From contig LSRY02000009.1 of NCBI GenBank assembly GCA_001643675.2, positions 620,001 through 684,000 on the forward strand: DNA of 64,000 nucleotides, written 5' to 3'. This stretch comes from Monocercomonoides exilis PA203 (Eukaryota; Protista; Preaxostyla). Position numbers and translations under genes: made by a program. Below are positions 52,962 to 64,000 of the stretch, in pieces (position 1 is the first letter of the stretch; each line of letters opens with the position of its first letter). Below the pieces are notes generated by a model. That model did not search any database, was not told where the DNA came from, and was given only the letters and a program-made list of their open reading frames with translations.

Positions 52962-53931
52962 AATGTTTCCAAGAATAACAACTGATTCAAATTCGTTGTT
53001 TCTCTCCATCCTCCTGATTATTTGGGGTTCAAACTTTCTTCTCTATACCATTTGTTCGTTCAAAATTTTCTATAATTATTTCTTTCACATTCTCATTCTG
53101 CACGCTCCCTCTATCTCTCCTTAATCTCCAAAGGATTTCATTCCACTCATCCTTCACTAACTTTTCTTTCTTTTCTTTATTTCCCCCTTATTCTTCTTCA
53201 TCTTTCTCGCTGACTGCTCCCTCTCTCTCAACTCCTCCAACATCACCGACATCACCTCCACTGCCTCCCCCGCCAGCTGTGTCCTCTCCTCTGCCACCTC
53301 CCCTGCCCTCTCCCTCTCCCTCGCCAACTGCACCATCACCAACATCAACTCAGAACAGCTGAGCCAACAAACTGCCACCAATGGCGGGTGCATCTCATTC
53401 GCCTCAACTACCTCTGCCAACTCCTTTTCGGTGAGTGACACCACCTTCTCCAGCTGCTCTGTGAGCGAGGATACAAGTTCTGGAGGAAGAGGCGGTGCTC
53501 TCATGATCGAGTACAAGGATAATTCAGAAGTGTCATCCACAACCTTTGCCATCACCAATATCGTGTTTTCAGCCAACAAAGCGAGTGTTGGAAGAGATGT
53601 GTATTTTGTGTGCGAATCATTTGTCGCTTCTGTGAAAGAGCCCTTGTTCGCCTTCATGGGAAACATCACTCAGAAAGACAACTCGATTGTTGGACATGAC
53701 AGAACAGAAGCATTCGGTGATTGGAGTGTCGATTTGTTTATATTTCTCAACTGGCATACAGCTGACAATGAATTCGTGGAAAGAATACTTGGCATCAAGG
53801 AAGTGAATTGCGAGTTGGAAAAGACTCCCCACAAGAGGACACACAATGCGACGGGGCTTCTGAAGAAGTTGCAGATCATAAGGCACAAATCATTTCATCA
53901 GCTGACTTGTGGTGAATTTATGTGCAAATGA
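52962..53931 (+). pseudogene. Fragment of a pectin-lyase-fold surface protein gene
   Basis: TNGGCISF, FSSCSVSEDTSSGGRGGALMI, FSANKASVGRDVYFVC, VDLFIFL. Truncated. Confidence 0.72.
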
Positions 53932-56179
53932 AGGCAAAGTCGAAGATATTTGAAGAGAAGGCACTAACACAAAATATAAGAAATTGACACAAAAATACTT
54001 TTGATGGATTAATCTTCACATGTCTTTTGTAAATTCGGCTGTTTCATAGAATTTTCCGTTCAAAAATGAATTTTCTCTAAATAACTTTCCTTCATCGTCT
54101 CATCTTTGATTGCTTGTTGAAGGCTCATGACATTATGCAATCTCTCGAAAGTCATTACATAATCATTCACCCTAAATAACGTCTTCTACCCTGCTCCTTC
54201 TGTTTTCTGTGAATTCTTTCAGCTTCAAAATGGAAAAAGTCAGATTCGATCTTCATGGATTGTGCACCTGATGATCGGCTTTTCTTGGTTTGATATTAAA
54301 TCACTTCCGTTGACATATAATTTCAGCTGATATTCTGCGATAGAATAAATAATCTTTTTGTGCTTCCGAAAAGAAAATAAAAGATGACGCTTGGCCCCGA
54401 ATTCGATGAGAATTTGAATGAAATGGAAATGACAATATTTTTGTTGTTCATCGAAGAAGGCTGATGAAAAAGAAGACAATTTCAATGAAATAAAATCAAT
54501 TCGTTCAAATTACCTTTTTCATCATCAAAATTGTGAATGAAAAATGAAGACTAGTTAAGTGATTGATTGTTGAGATAAAGAAATGCAAGTGAAATAATTG
54601 TAAGTTCAATTTTGCGGCTCTGTTGATTGGAGCGTATGAATGCATCAGAGAGTTGATGCCCCGATCCAACTTAAAGTTAAATGAGCAGTAAAGAAGAAGG
54701 CGAAGAAAATGAAGAAGATGAGATGATAATGAATTATGAAATGAATCCAATGCTTTCAATAAAGAAGCTGAAAATGAACTGTGTGATTAAGAGAGGTTAA
54801 AATCTATTTTTCGGAGAGTTGATTTGGTACAGAGTGAATAATCGCAATCGAAATATTAGTGGCAGGCTGGCTGAAATTAATTGATGAAGATGAAAACATG
54901 CACGTCTACAACTGTCTCTGAGTTGACATCCCGTCTTTGCTTTAGAAATAGAAGATTACTCTGTTCTGTTTGCTCCGAAAATACATGCAAAATTAATATC
55001 TTCCAAGGATATTGGAAAAAAAAATTCGAAGAAGAAGTCCTTGAAGAAGCCGAAGATGATGAAGAAGGCGAAGGTAATGAAGGTGTGAAGGTGAAGAAAA
55101 AGAATTGGAAAAAGTATTTATTTTTGGGCTTTGAGCTATTTTCGGTATTAAATCGCTTTGTTTGTCAAGAGAAGAGCGAAGAAGGAACGTGTTTGGGCAA
55201 AGAGAACCCAATGAGGACATTATTCGGCAGCTGTGTGTCGTTGCGTCTTCATAAAGAGAAGGAAGAACTGCCCTGGTAGAAGAAGTCGAAGTTGTAGTTG
55301 TAGCAGATGAAGGAGAAGGAGGAGAAGAAGTCTTCTCAAGAAACTGTTCAGGAAATGCATCAGAATGCAACGATGGCTGTGCTTCTCTTTCCAAATCGTG
55401 TTGCATTCTTGTGTGCCTTCTCTCTCTGCCTGCACAGCTGCCTGTATGCATTCCATTCCTCTCGCAAAAACTGCCTTTGCTGGTGTCTGCACAACTGTCT
55501 GTCTCTTTGAAGATATATTTTTTGCTGTCCTGCTCCTTTCTGATCTCTCTTCTAATCGCAGCAACAGTTGGCCTGATGACAACATGATGCAAATACTTTC
55601 AATTGCTCCATTAACTTTTACTTCCACTGCTCAATGATGCGAAGGCTGCTGCATAATCAGAAAAATGAGAAGAATCACAAGTCAACGAAGAAGAAGAAGA
55701 AACAACCTGTTAAATGTGAGATGCACAATGAAAATGCGTCGTATCAGAGGAAGATGAAGATAACATTAATAATTCTTCTTCGCTTCACTTTCTCTCTCCT
55801 TCCTCCTTCTCTCCCCCTTCTTCATCTTATCTCGACCTTAATTTCCATCACTTCCCTTCTCTCTGCGCGCACGCCTCCTCCAAAACCCCTCTTTCACCAG
55901 CGCTTCTGTCTCTTCGCTCTGTACAACCCACTCTTCACACAGCTCCCTGCTTTCCACATGATACCTCAGTGAAGCCACTGCTGCCACTTCGCTCAAAAAT
56001 GTCACCCAAACAGAAATTACAATACGATCACATTGGCACTCCCCTCCTTCGGCAGCTGCAATCGCACGCTCCACCTGCCTTGCTGTCTCCTGCTTCGTAA
56101 CAACAATCTCTGGTGGGCAACTTTCTTCCTCCCCTTCTTCTGCAATTGCCCCATTTCCAGTACTCTTCCGTTCTTTGCT

Positions 56180-56900
56180 GTTTCAATATCCTTTCTTCTC
56201 CTTCTTTTCTAGCATCTTCATTTCAATCAGCCATTCTATTGCCTCATTTTCATCTCTCTTCCATCTTCTTTATCATCATCTCCACAATATGCTCTTTTCA
56301 GTAGTGGAAGCGCAATCGACAGAATGCCCCCGAATTTCATCAGAATCTCATAGAGCGAGTCGCCACACGCCGCCGCCACGAAATACACCTCCAGCACAGA
56401 CAGATCACATGGCAGCACAACATTCGGTATCTACATCACCTTCACAAAAAAATAGAGCAGGCAATATAACGTACTTCACAGCCTCCAGATACCATTCTGC
56501 CCCACAAACGCCATAGATCTGGGCGCAATGAAATAAACCTGGAGCAGTAGTGTGCATCGCCTCTCCACACACACGTCCCATCATCGTCCCCGAAGCAAGC
56601 GAAGCTATCATTACACCTGCGGGAACAGCCAGCGGTATCGACAGCGGCTGGAACACATGCTTCACAACCAGGCACGCATACAAACTCCGCTCCCATGTTC
56701 CACACGCCTGCAGCTTCACCTCAGTCGGTATATCTTCCTGTGGTAGTGCCTTCAGCTGCGATGTGTCTGTCCCAATGACTATCCCTGTAGAGAACACAAA
56801 CGAAGAAGTCGAAGAAGAGGCAGAAGTGTGCGCAAATGTTTCTATTCGTCGGGCTTCGAAAAAGACTAAAAAAAAAGATGATGCATTATTTCACATTAAA
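56180..56900 (-). pseudogene. Degenerate CLC chloride channel/transporter-like fragment
   Basis: LVVKHVFQPLSIPLAVPAGVMIASLASGTMMGRVCGE resembles the CLC signature (K..lT.l....vPaG.F.Psl..Ga..GR..G). It is followed by PGLF..IYGVCGA. Confidence 0.55.
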
Positions 56901-58724
56901 ATCAAAAGAAAATAATTAAAAAAATATTGAAAATATAATAACTCATGCCTTTGAATTCTTCAATCCCAGTGTTTTCGATCAAACAAATTTATTATGATCA
57001 ACTCAATTTTCTTTCTTCTCTTCCTCTTCTTCTACGGTAGCATCACAATTATCAAATCCAAAGACCACCTCCCTGATCAACTTCCTTCCTTCTTTTTTTT
57101 CACTCCCTCCCTCTCTCTCATTCACCCTTCTCACTCTTCCCAATTAGCTGCAACAAATATCTGCTTGTGAATACATTCACAAAATGAAAAGAAAGCAGCT
57201 GCTTCGAGGCAAGCTGTAACAATACAAAGTGGAGGAACATTCAATCAATGAGTGGAAAAATGTGAGAAGGCAGAGAGAAGGAAGGATAATGGAAGAGTGA
57301 TGTCAGAAGAGAAACATGTTGTGTGTGCTCTGATTGCACGCAGCAGCCTCAAATGAAAAGAGCGGAGGCATTTCATTCGCCAGGCAGTTCAGCTATTGAA
57401 TGCCTCTCAAGAGATGGGCACGCAACAGAAAAAATGCAGATATTCAAAAAGAAGAGGAGGAGGAGGAATTGTAAGAGAAGATGTGTTTGATAGCCGTATG
57501 CGTACTGCACAAACAAAATCATTAAACTTTCGAAGCTAAGCTTGCTGTTCTCTAAAATTACAAATTCTTTCAGCAGTGAAATTCAGAAACAGTCGGACAG
57601 AATGTTGCTTGATTGCCAATAAATATTCGATAATTGGATGTCTCGTAGTTGGCGTTTCTCCACTCTTTTGAAGCAAAAGTGGAATCGGAAATAGAACCTC
57701 GTAACTTTCCATGTCTGCCTGGCACAGTCCGAGAAACAGGAAAACCTTATTAATATAATTGACATCTTGAAATTCTCCTTTTTTCCAATGAATTGTTGCC
57801 TTTTTTGTGATAAATATCCTTCCCTTGATATTGCAAGCCACTTTTTTTTTGCCAAAAAACTGCTCCCACTGCCTTATATTCCAAATTCTATAAAACTTTG
57901 TGCAGATTTTGTCCTTCATAGAATTCCATCCATAAATCTTCATTCAATAAAACATCAGTTGAATTTGCTTTAATCTTTTGTTCCAATCAAAAATTATAAA
58001 AATCATATATCTTTCGTAACTTCCTTTATTTCCCAATGGCTATATAATAATATGTTCTATTCTCATCGCAATGCTCTCCAACGTGAAGATTTGCTATTTG
58101 ACAGACAAGAAAAGTTCCTTTTCTTTGAAAAGGAAGCAAACAGAGCAGTTTTCCAATATAATGAAAAAATTGTAATATTACAATAAAAACTAAATTATAA
58201 AAAGTATTAGCAAACTGGTAAAAAGTTGGAAAAGTTAGTGGTTTTAAAAAAATGAAAGAAACAAAACTCCAGCTTTAATCAGAACCATATTTTTTGAATT
58301 TTTGAATAATAATAATAAAAAAAAACAAATATCAGAAAAATTTTGATTTTTTGTTTAATAGTTATATATGCGATAAGAGTAAGAAAAATGTTTTTTTTGA
58401 ATTTTAAAAACTTGTATTCATGGAAAAAACTTCTGTTTTCCGCTTCAAACAATGAAGATGACAGAAGGATCAGAATCTCGACGCCACTTTTTTTTGTTCA
58501 GAATGGTTTATTTCATCGATTTAACTTCATATATTACCAAAAAACAGCTTTCTGAAATCTGCAATTTTCGCCCTTTAGCGCGTAATTTTTTGATCTTTTT
58601 TCCATCGAAAAAAATAAAATATAGGGTCGGATCCTTTTTTCATTCAAAATTGATAATATTGAGAATAGTCGAATTTATTAAATTTGTAATTTAAAAATCG
58701 TATACGGACAGGTTGCATTAAACC

Positions 58725-58995
58725 TGAGTGACGTTCTGACTTTTGACGTGAAATTTTCGAATTCTGACGGAATTGGAAATTTTATCACGTCACTGAAAAA
58801 TTTTCATTAATTTTTTCACAGTCTTTTGATAATGTTCATATTATTTTTATTCTTTTATTCTAACCTTCAAAAAATTAATAAATAGTATCTTTGAATTTTG
58901 TTTTTATTTTTGATCACACAAATAAAATATATTACACTGACGCATTAGTCATTTGAGGAATTTCAATTGTCATTGACGGTCACTGACGTCAGCTT
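58725..58995. repeat. Cluster of TGACG/CGTCA motifs upstream of the hAT gene (subterminal repeats)
   Basis: At least seven TGACG/CGTCA copies in ~270 bp of very AT-rich DNA. Confidence 0.55.
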
Positions 58996-59009
58996 CAATC
59001 AATACGCAA

Positions 59010-61919
59010 ATGGAAATACTGTCGAAAGATTATCAAAGTGAATTACCAGATGAGTTGGTTTCGAGCCTCAATAACCCTCTAATTGTTTGCTTTTCAAAAA
59101 ATGCATTTGTTAAAATATATTATTTTGTGTTTGATTCATCGCAGCAAGAAGCTTATGAAAAAATGAAAAAGAAAATGGAGAATGCGAAGTGCTCATTTGT
59201 TCAACTGCAAAAACGCATTAACTCAAAATATGGAACAGGAAAACGTTATATTAGAAAATGATATTCAAGATTCATTTTTTGTTAATTTTTCCAAGTGTCC
59301 GTTCATCCAAAAAAGAAAAATGAATATATATCAAAGCTCAAATTTGAACTGTTGGAAGATAGTTTATGGATTACTTATGTAATTGCGGACGAAAATGGAT
59401 ATACAGGGAAAGATTGTCACAAGTATTTCCTTTGCCCTGTATCCAAGGATGGATATGCTTGCGGCATATCAGGAAGGAAGAATTATTCCATTGTTAAACA
59501 TCACAAGTGCGATTTACTGAGTATTCGAGAATTTTTGAATTTCAAAAAACAGACAGATTTACCCATTACCAAAAGTTCTCAAGAGCACTCTATATCATTA
59601 GAACGAGATTGTTCACCCAAAGAATTGGAAAAACAGTTTATTTCGATGGTTGGAAGGTGCAATGCTTCTTTTTTGTCTTCATCCTCAAAGGAAGTTAATA
59701 CATTCATATTCTCCTTAAATCGAGCCGGTCAAGCTAATCCTTCTATTTCACCTTTGTCAATTTTCCCATGCTTAACACGAAGGAAAATTTCTCATTTGAT
59801 CATCAATGAAAAAACTGACAAAGAGAAGGAAAAAAAGCAAAAAGTTTCAAACAAGGGAATAAGCGTAATGTTTGATGGAGCAACTGCTGCAAATAAAAAA
59901 TTCATGGTGGTGAATGTTTCCATTTTGTCTTTGAATTCTTCTCCATTTTTTTGGGGTCTTTATGAATCGTGTGGAACAACGTCGGAGTTTTTTTTATTCA
60001 TTCAACAATTAATCTCAGAGTTTCGATCATTCAATGCAGTGATCAGAAGTTTTTGCACTGATGGTTTTTCTTCACAGAAAAAGGCAATAACTCAATTCTC
60101 TGAATTCGAAGAAACTGGCTCAGGAAGTTCTGAAAGAAACAGATACTCATTTTTTCCAGTTCATATTCATTGCTGCAACCATCTAACAAATTTAGTCATC
60201 ATTAATGCTTTTTCAAAAATACCATTTTTAATTTCCATCAAACAAATGTTACAAGATTTTTCACAACGATCCCATTCTAAATCTGTAAGAACACTCTTGA
60301 AAAAGCGCATTCCTTCATTCGTCACAACAAGGTGGATGAGCCTGTTCAATATTTCTTCTTTTATTAGGAAAAAATTCGATGTTGTTGTTAATCAAAAATT
60401 TTTGGATTATTCATGTGCGTTAGATATTATCAAAACTGAGTTGTTGCTTTTCCCTCTACAGAACCTTCATTTAATGTTTGAAAAAGACAGAACAAAGCTT
60501 TGTCAAGTGTTTCCTTATTTACTCGATTCATTTGATTATCTATTTCATATTTCAAAGCATCATTTGTTTCAAGATGCGAAATGGCGCAACGCTATCACAA
60601 ACGTTATCATTTTGTTACATAATTATTTTTTAACAGGAATTCGGGGGGAGTACGTGTCACTTTCTTATGCATTAACACCAGAAGGAATTCAATTGATAAG
60701 AAATAAGACATTTCCGAAAGCTCAACTTTCTTCATCTTTTTCATTGAAGTGCACGATTCAACAATCCGACTCAAATGAAACAATTGTGTTTAATCAATCT
60801 CAATCTTTCTCTGTTTCAATTTTTCATCCTTGGCCTTTTCCATTTGATATTTCGGAAAAAACATATTTTGTGTCAAAAAGTTTAAATTCTTTCGATTCTT
60901 CAACTTCCTTCATGAATGAAGATACTCATGACATTTAAGATCTTTCAATGCCAAAAAGAAAACAAGTTTGCTTCGACAAACAAAATTCATCAATTAAAAG
61001 CAATAGTTTGCAATCAATATTTCTTCATTTTTTTTAATTTTTTTTTTTTTTATTTTTTTAATGATTTTTAGGTTCGGAAAATAAAAATGAGGAATTTATT
61101 GAGATCGAAAAACTAATAAAAGAAATTGAAGAAAAAGAAAAAGATGTTTTTACGAAAATTGGTGAATTGAAGGGTTTGGAAGACGGTGAAAGCGAAGAAA
61201 GCGACGAATATGGACTTGTACAAGCAGAAAATGATGCGATTGATGATGTATATGATTGTTTATTTCGTAAGGAATTGGAAACAGAAGATTCTTCATTTAT
61301 ACGGGAAGATTTTGCGTCATCATCAACATCTCCTTCTTCTTCCATCTCACAGACTTTGAGATCTTCTTCTTCTTCTTCTTCAGAACTTTTTTCAGATATC
61401 GATACTGAATTGAGAAATGACTCCTTTCATTGTGCATGCAGCACAGCTGGAGAAGAGACGTTTCAAGATGAAGAAGAAGTACAGGAATTATTTTCGACAA
61501 AGAAAATAGATTTATGTATAGAATTCAACGAAGAGAAAGAAAAAACTATATTGCAAGAAATCCAAAATTTGCTATACACAAACTGGTTTCCTCGACTTGA
61601 CAGATCATTTACGAATTATGCTCGGAGCGTGCTTAAAGATTATGGAAACAATTCTATAACTGCTTGCAAGTTGTTCTTTGAAAATCAGATGAAATCGAAG
61701 CCGGAAGAAATGCTCGAAAAAGATCCAGAAATCTTTTACAATGTAATTACTGAGTTTGGTAATCTCCAATCGTTGTATTCAGGCTTATGTTTGTCACTAA
61801 TCCTATCTCCATGCAGCGAAGCTAGCTGCGAGAGAATTATTTCAAAAATCAAAAACATAATTGGAGATAAAAGAAACTCGATAAGCTAACAAACTTTGGA
61901 AGCATTACTTCATATTTGA
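59010..61919 (+). pseudogene. hAT-superfamily transposase, multi-exon, with premature stops
   Basis: VMFDGATA, FCTDG, HIHCCNHLTNL, TRWMS and C-terminal PCSEASCERIISKIKNIIGDKRNS. In-frame TAA at 60936 and 61887. Intron at ~61006-61071. Confidence 0.88.
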
Positions 61920-62639
61920 CTTTAATCACTGTTTTGTATTTGTCTTTTAAAAAATTATTTCATTTCATTCTATTTTTCAAGTTATTCTTATTGAACAAGC
62001 AAAGCATATAAATCATATTCAAAAATACAACGCTTTCAACGTGGTAAAATGATCTTTAAGTTGCGAATGATTTCTCTTTATACGTTTTTAAAAAAATGGA
62101 AAATCATACATACATATGTTTTTATCTTAATATAAAACGTTCATTCACTTTGTCCAATATCGCAAACTTGTGGTTTTATGTTCCTGTAATGAAGGACTTT
62201 GAAATTGAAATTTCATGAAAGATTGTTTCAAATGAACAATGCAAAATGAAAACAAAACAAAAAATATAGATGCACTTTCTCAGCATCATCAATTCTAACC
62301 TTTATTATAAAATGAATATTGATTTGTTTGAGTGTTAGCATTTAATCATTTCATTCGATTGATAAAGCTTGTGAAATGAAGATCACTTCACTGGCCTTCA
62401 TTCATAAAGTCATTAATTGTTTAAATCTTTCCTTTATTCTTCTCTTCCTCTTCTAAAACCGTTCGATTAACAAATCATTCCTTCTTTAACTATTTCGACA
62501 TTAGCAATTCTGCCTGGCCCGTCCAAAAAAACAACACAGCAACGCCATTCTGTGAAGAGAGCTCCACACGATCAAAACATTTTTTGGCCCTTTGAATCTT
62601 GCCAAATGCACTTACAGTTTCATGTTTTGGAGTAATCTC

Positions 62640-63675
62640 AAGAATCCTTCCCTCGACAGCTGTGTGGATAACACAGCTGGATCACTGAAAAGACGATTCT
62701 GCAGGAAAAGCTGTCATTTCACTATCTAAACCATATTTATGCCCACGAGCTCACACTATCAGCGGGGATATTCAACCTCCACGACGAAAAACTTATCATA
62801 GAGGCTGATATGCGCTTGCTGCAGAATCTGCTGCACCTGCCATTCTATTTGGATGCTGCTCCGCTGGGAAGCAAGACATTTTGGAGATCGTGTGCCAGAC
62901 GCTGATTCCAACTGACGCATGTTGTGTTTGAGATCGGGCGAGGCGCAGAGATAACTGCGATGCACTTTCTGGAGCAGATACCAATCTGCGAGGTGAATGC
63001 TCCGATGCAATCGATTGTGTTGCGGAACGAAGGTGGGACGAGCATCGACAACAGACTGGAATTGTCTGATGTGAAGCGGCTGAATGCGTCTGCAACTTAT
63101 TTCCCTCTGTTTGAGTGTTCTATCACGAGAGGGATTGTACCTGCTATGAAAAGTAGGCAATATATTGGTGCTTCCATCCACTGATGTAAATAGGTTATTT
63201 TGTGAGGATTCCAATCAAGCTGGAAAGCAGAAACAGTTCAATGAGTGTGATGAACGAGAATGTTGGAGGAGGATCAGAGGGGAGAGGAAGTGATGGAACT
63301 TAAGGCATCACACGCATAAAAACTGAGCTCCAAGCTCTGCTGGCAGGCGACGGTTTCATCGCAAAGGAAGGTGCAGAGCCTCTTGTGGATGAGAATAAGA
63401 CAACAATTCCAGCTCCTCTTTCTCCGCTGCCTGGCCAGCTGTGCTTGTTGTCACATGAGCGAATTGGCTTTGGGAGTGTGGCGGGTGGGAGCATCGAGCG
63501 GAGGCTGGTGTGTCTGGTGTGTCCGCGTGTGAGGAGACACCGTGCACTGCAGAAGAGGGCGTATAAGAAAAGAAAGAAGAGAGACATCCTGCATGACTGG
63601 AAAGAGATCCATCCGCTGATCAAGTTGCAGGTTTTGACGATTCTGCCGATCAAAGGAAAAATTGCAGATGGATAG
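62640..63675 (+). pseudogene. Degenerate fragment of a ciliary ASH/Ig-like domain protein (CFAP65-like, tentative)
   Basis: HFLEQIPICEVNAPMQSIVLRNEGGTSIDNRLELSDVKRLNASATYFPLFEC and LLSHERIGFGSV..IERRLVCL. Broken by stops. Confidence 0.4.
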
Positions 63676-64000
63676 AAATGTGTGTGTGATGAACAACTTT
63701 ATGTGATGCATTCTGTTATTTTGGTAAATTCACTTCTGTAACTTTCTCTTTCGATGAATTCGAAGTGGAATTCTTCAATTGAAAATCAGAATACTTCAAC
63801 TTTATTTGCTGTGAATAATGAAGAAGCAAGTTCAAAAGTTATTCAGATCTTTTTGTATCAATGTTTCCCTTCAACATGTCGAACTTCTTTTATAAATGCT
63901 TCTTCTTCATCCTCTTTATCTAATGTTGTTGCTTCCAACATAAACTCAGGCAAAACTTATGATCACTCCGTCATCGCCTCATTCTCCTTCGGCACTTTCA

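Noticed and set aside
57496-58708. Possible small element bounded by CCGTATGCG / CGTATACGG
   Set aside because: Only a 9-bp imperfect match, no TSD, and internal frames too degenerate to identify.
18483-61889. Single in-frame TAA/TAG codons (18483, 41893, 51732, 60936, 61887) suggesting TAR=Gln reassignment as in some oxymonads
   Set aside because: The 2455-, 1414- and 970-aa ORFs are Gln-rich yet use only CAA/CAG, and two of them end in TAA. Isolated nonsense mutations in decaying copies explain the pattern better.
58700-62300. hAT element termini and 8-bp TSD
   Set aside because: I could not find a matching TIR pair by eye, so only the transposase and the motif cluster are reported.
1-64000. 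CRISPR arrays, rRNA/tRNA genes, prokaryotic operons
   Set aside because: No repeat-spacer array or recognisable RNA gene was seen, and spliceosomal introns and eukaryotic transposon types indicate a eukaryotic nuclear locus.

Overview
AT-rich, intron-containing eukaryotic DNA in the standard genetic code. The short GT(T/A)TG...AG introns, the repeated 'KYHQEH..LAYQSAW..EEEGYED' gene family and the pectin-lyase-like surface-protein genes resemble an oxymonad such as Monocercomonoides (recognition, not a database result). The main result is a 16,483-bp cargo-carrying DNA transposon at 2514-18996. It has perfect 22-bp TIRs (GGGACATTATTTTCGAAATCAT) and an ATAT target-site duplication, and removing it restores an in-frame host gene that aligns without gaps to a paralog. 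It encodes a five-exon, apparently intact Sola2-like DDD transposase (about 1,229 aa) with a complete USP/C19 deubiquitinase domain inserted internally, plus host-gene fragments. Related TIRs sit at the break points of two more members of the same gene family (a MITE at 1333-1538 and a lone end at 50437 that may open a second giant element). The window also has a TA-flanked Tc1/mariner-type MITE, a Harbinger/ISL2EU-type transposase, a DD35D pogo-type element, a degenerate hAT transposase, two GC-rich nested hairpins linked to transposons, two very large low-complexity genes and many pseudogene fragments (CLC channel-like, CFAP65-like, PHD finger).
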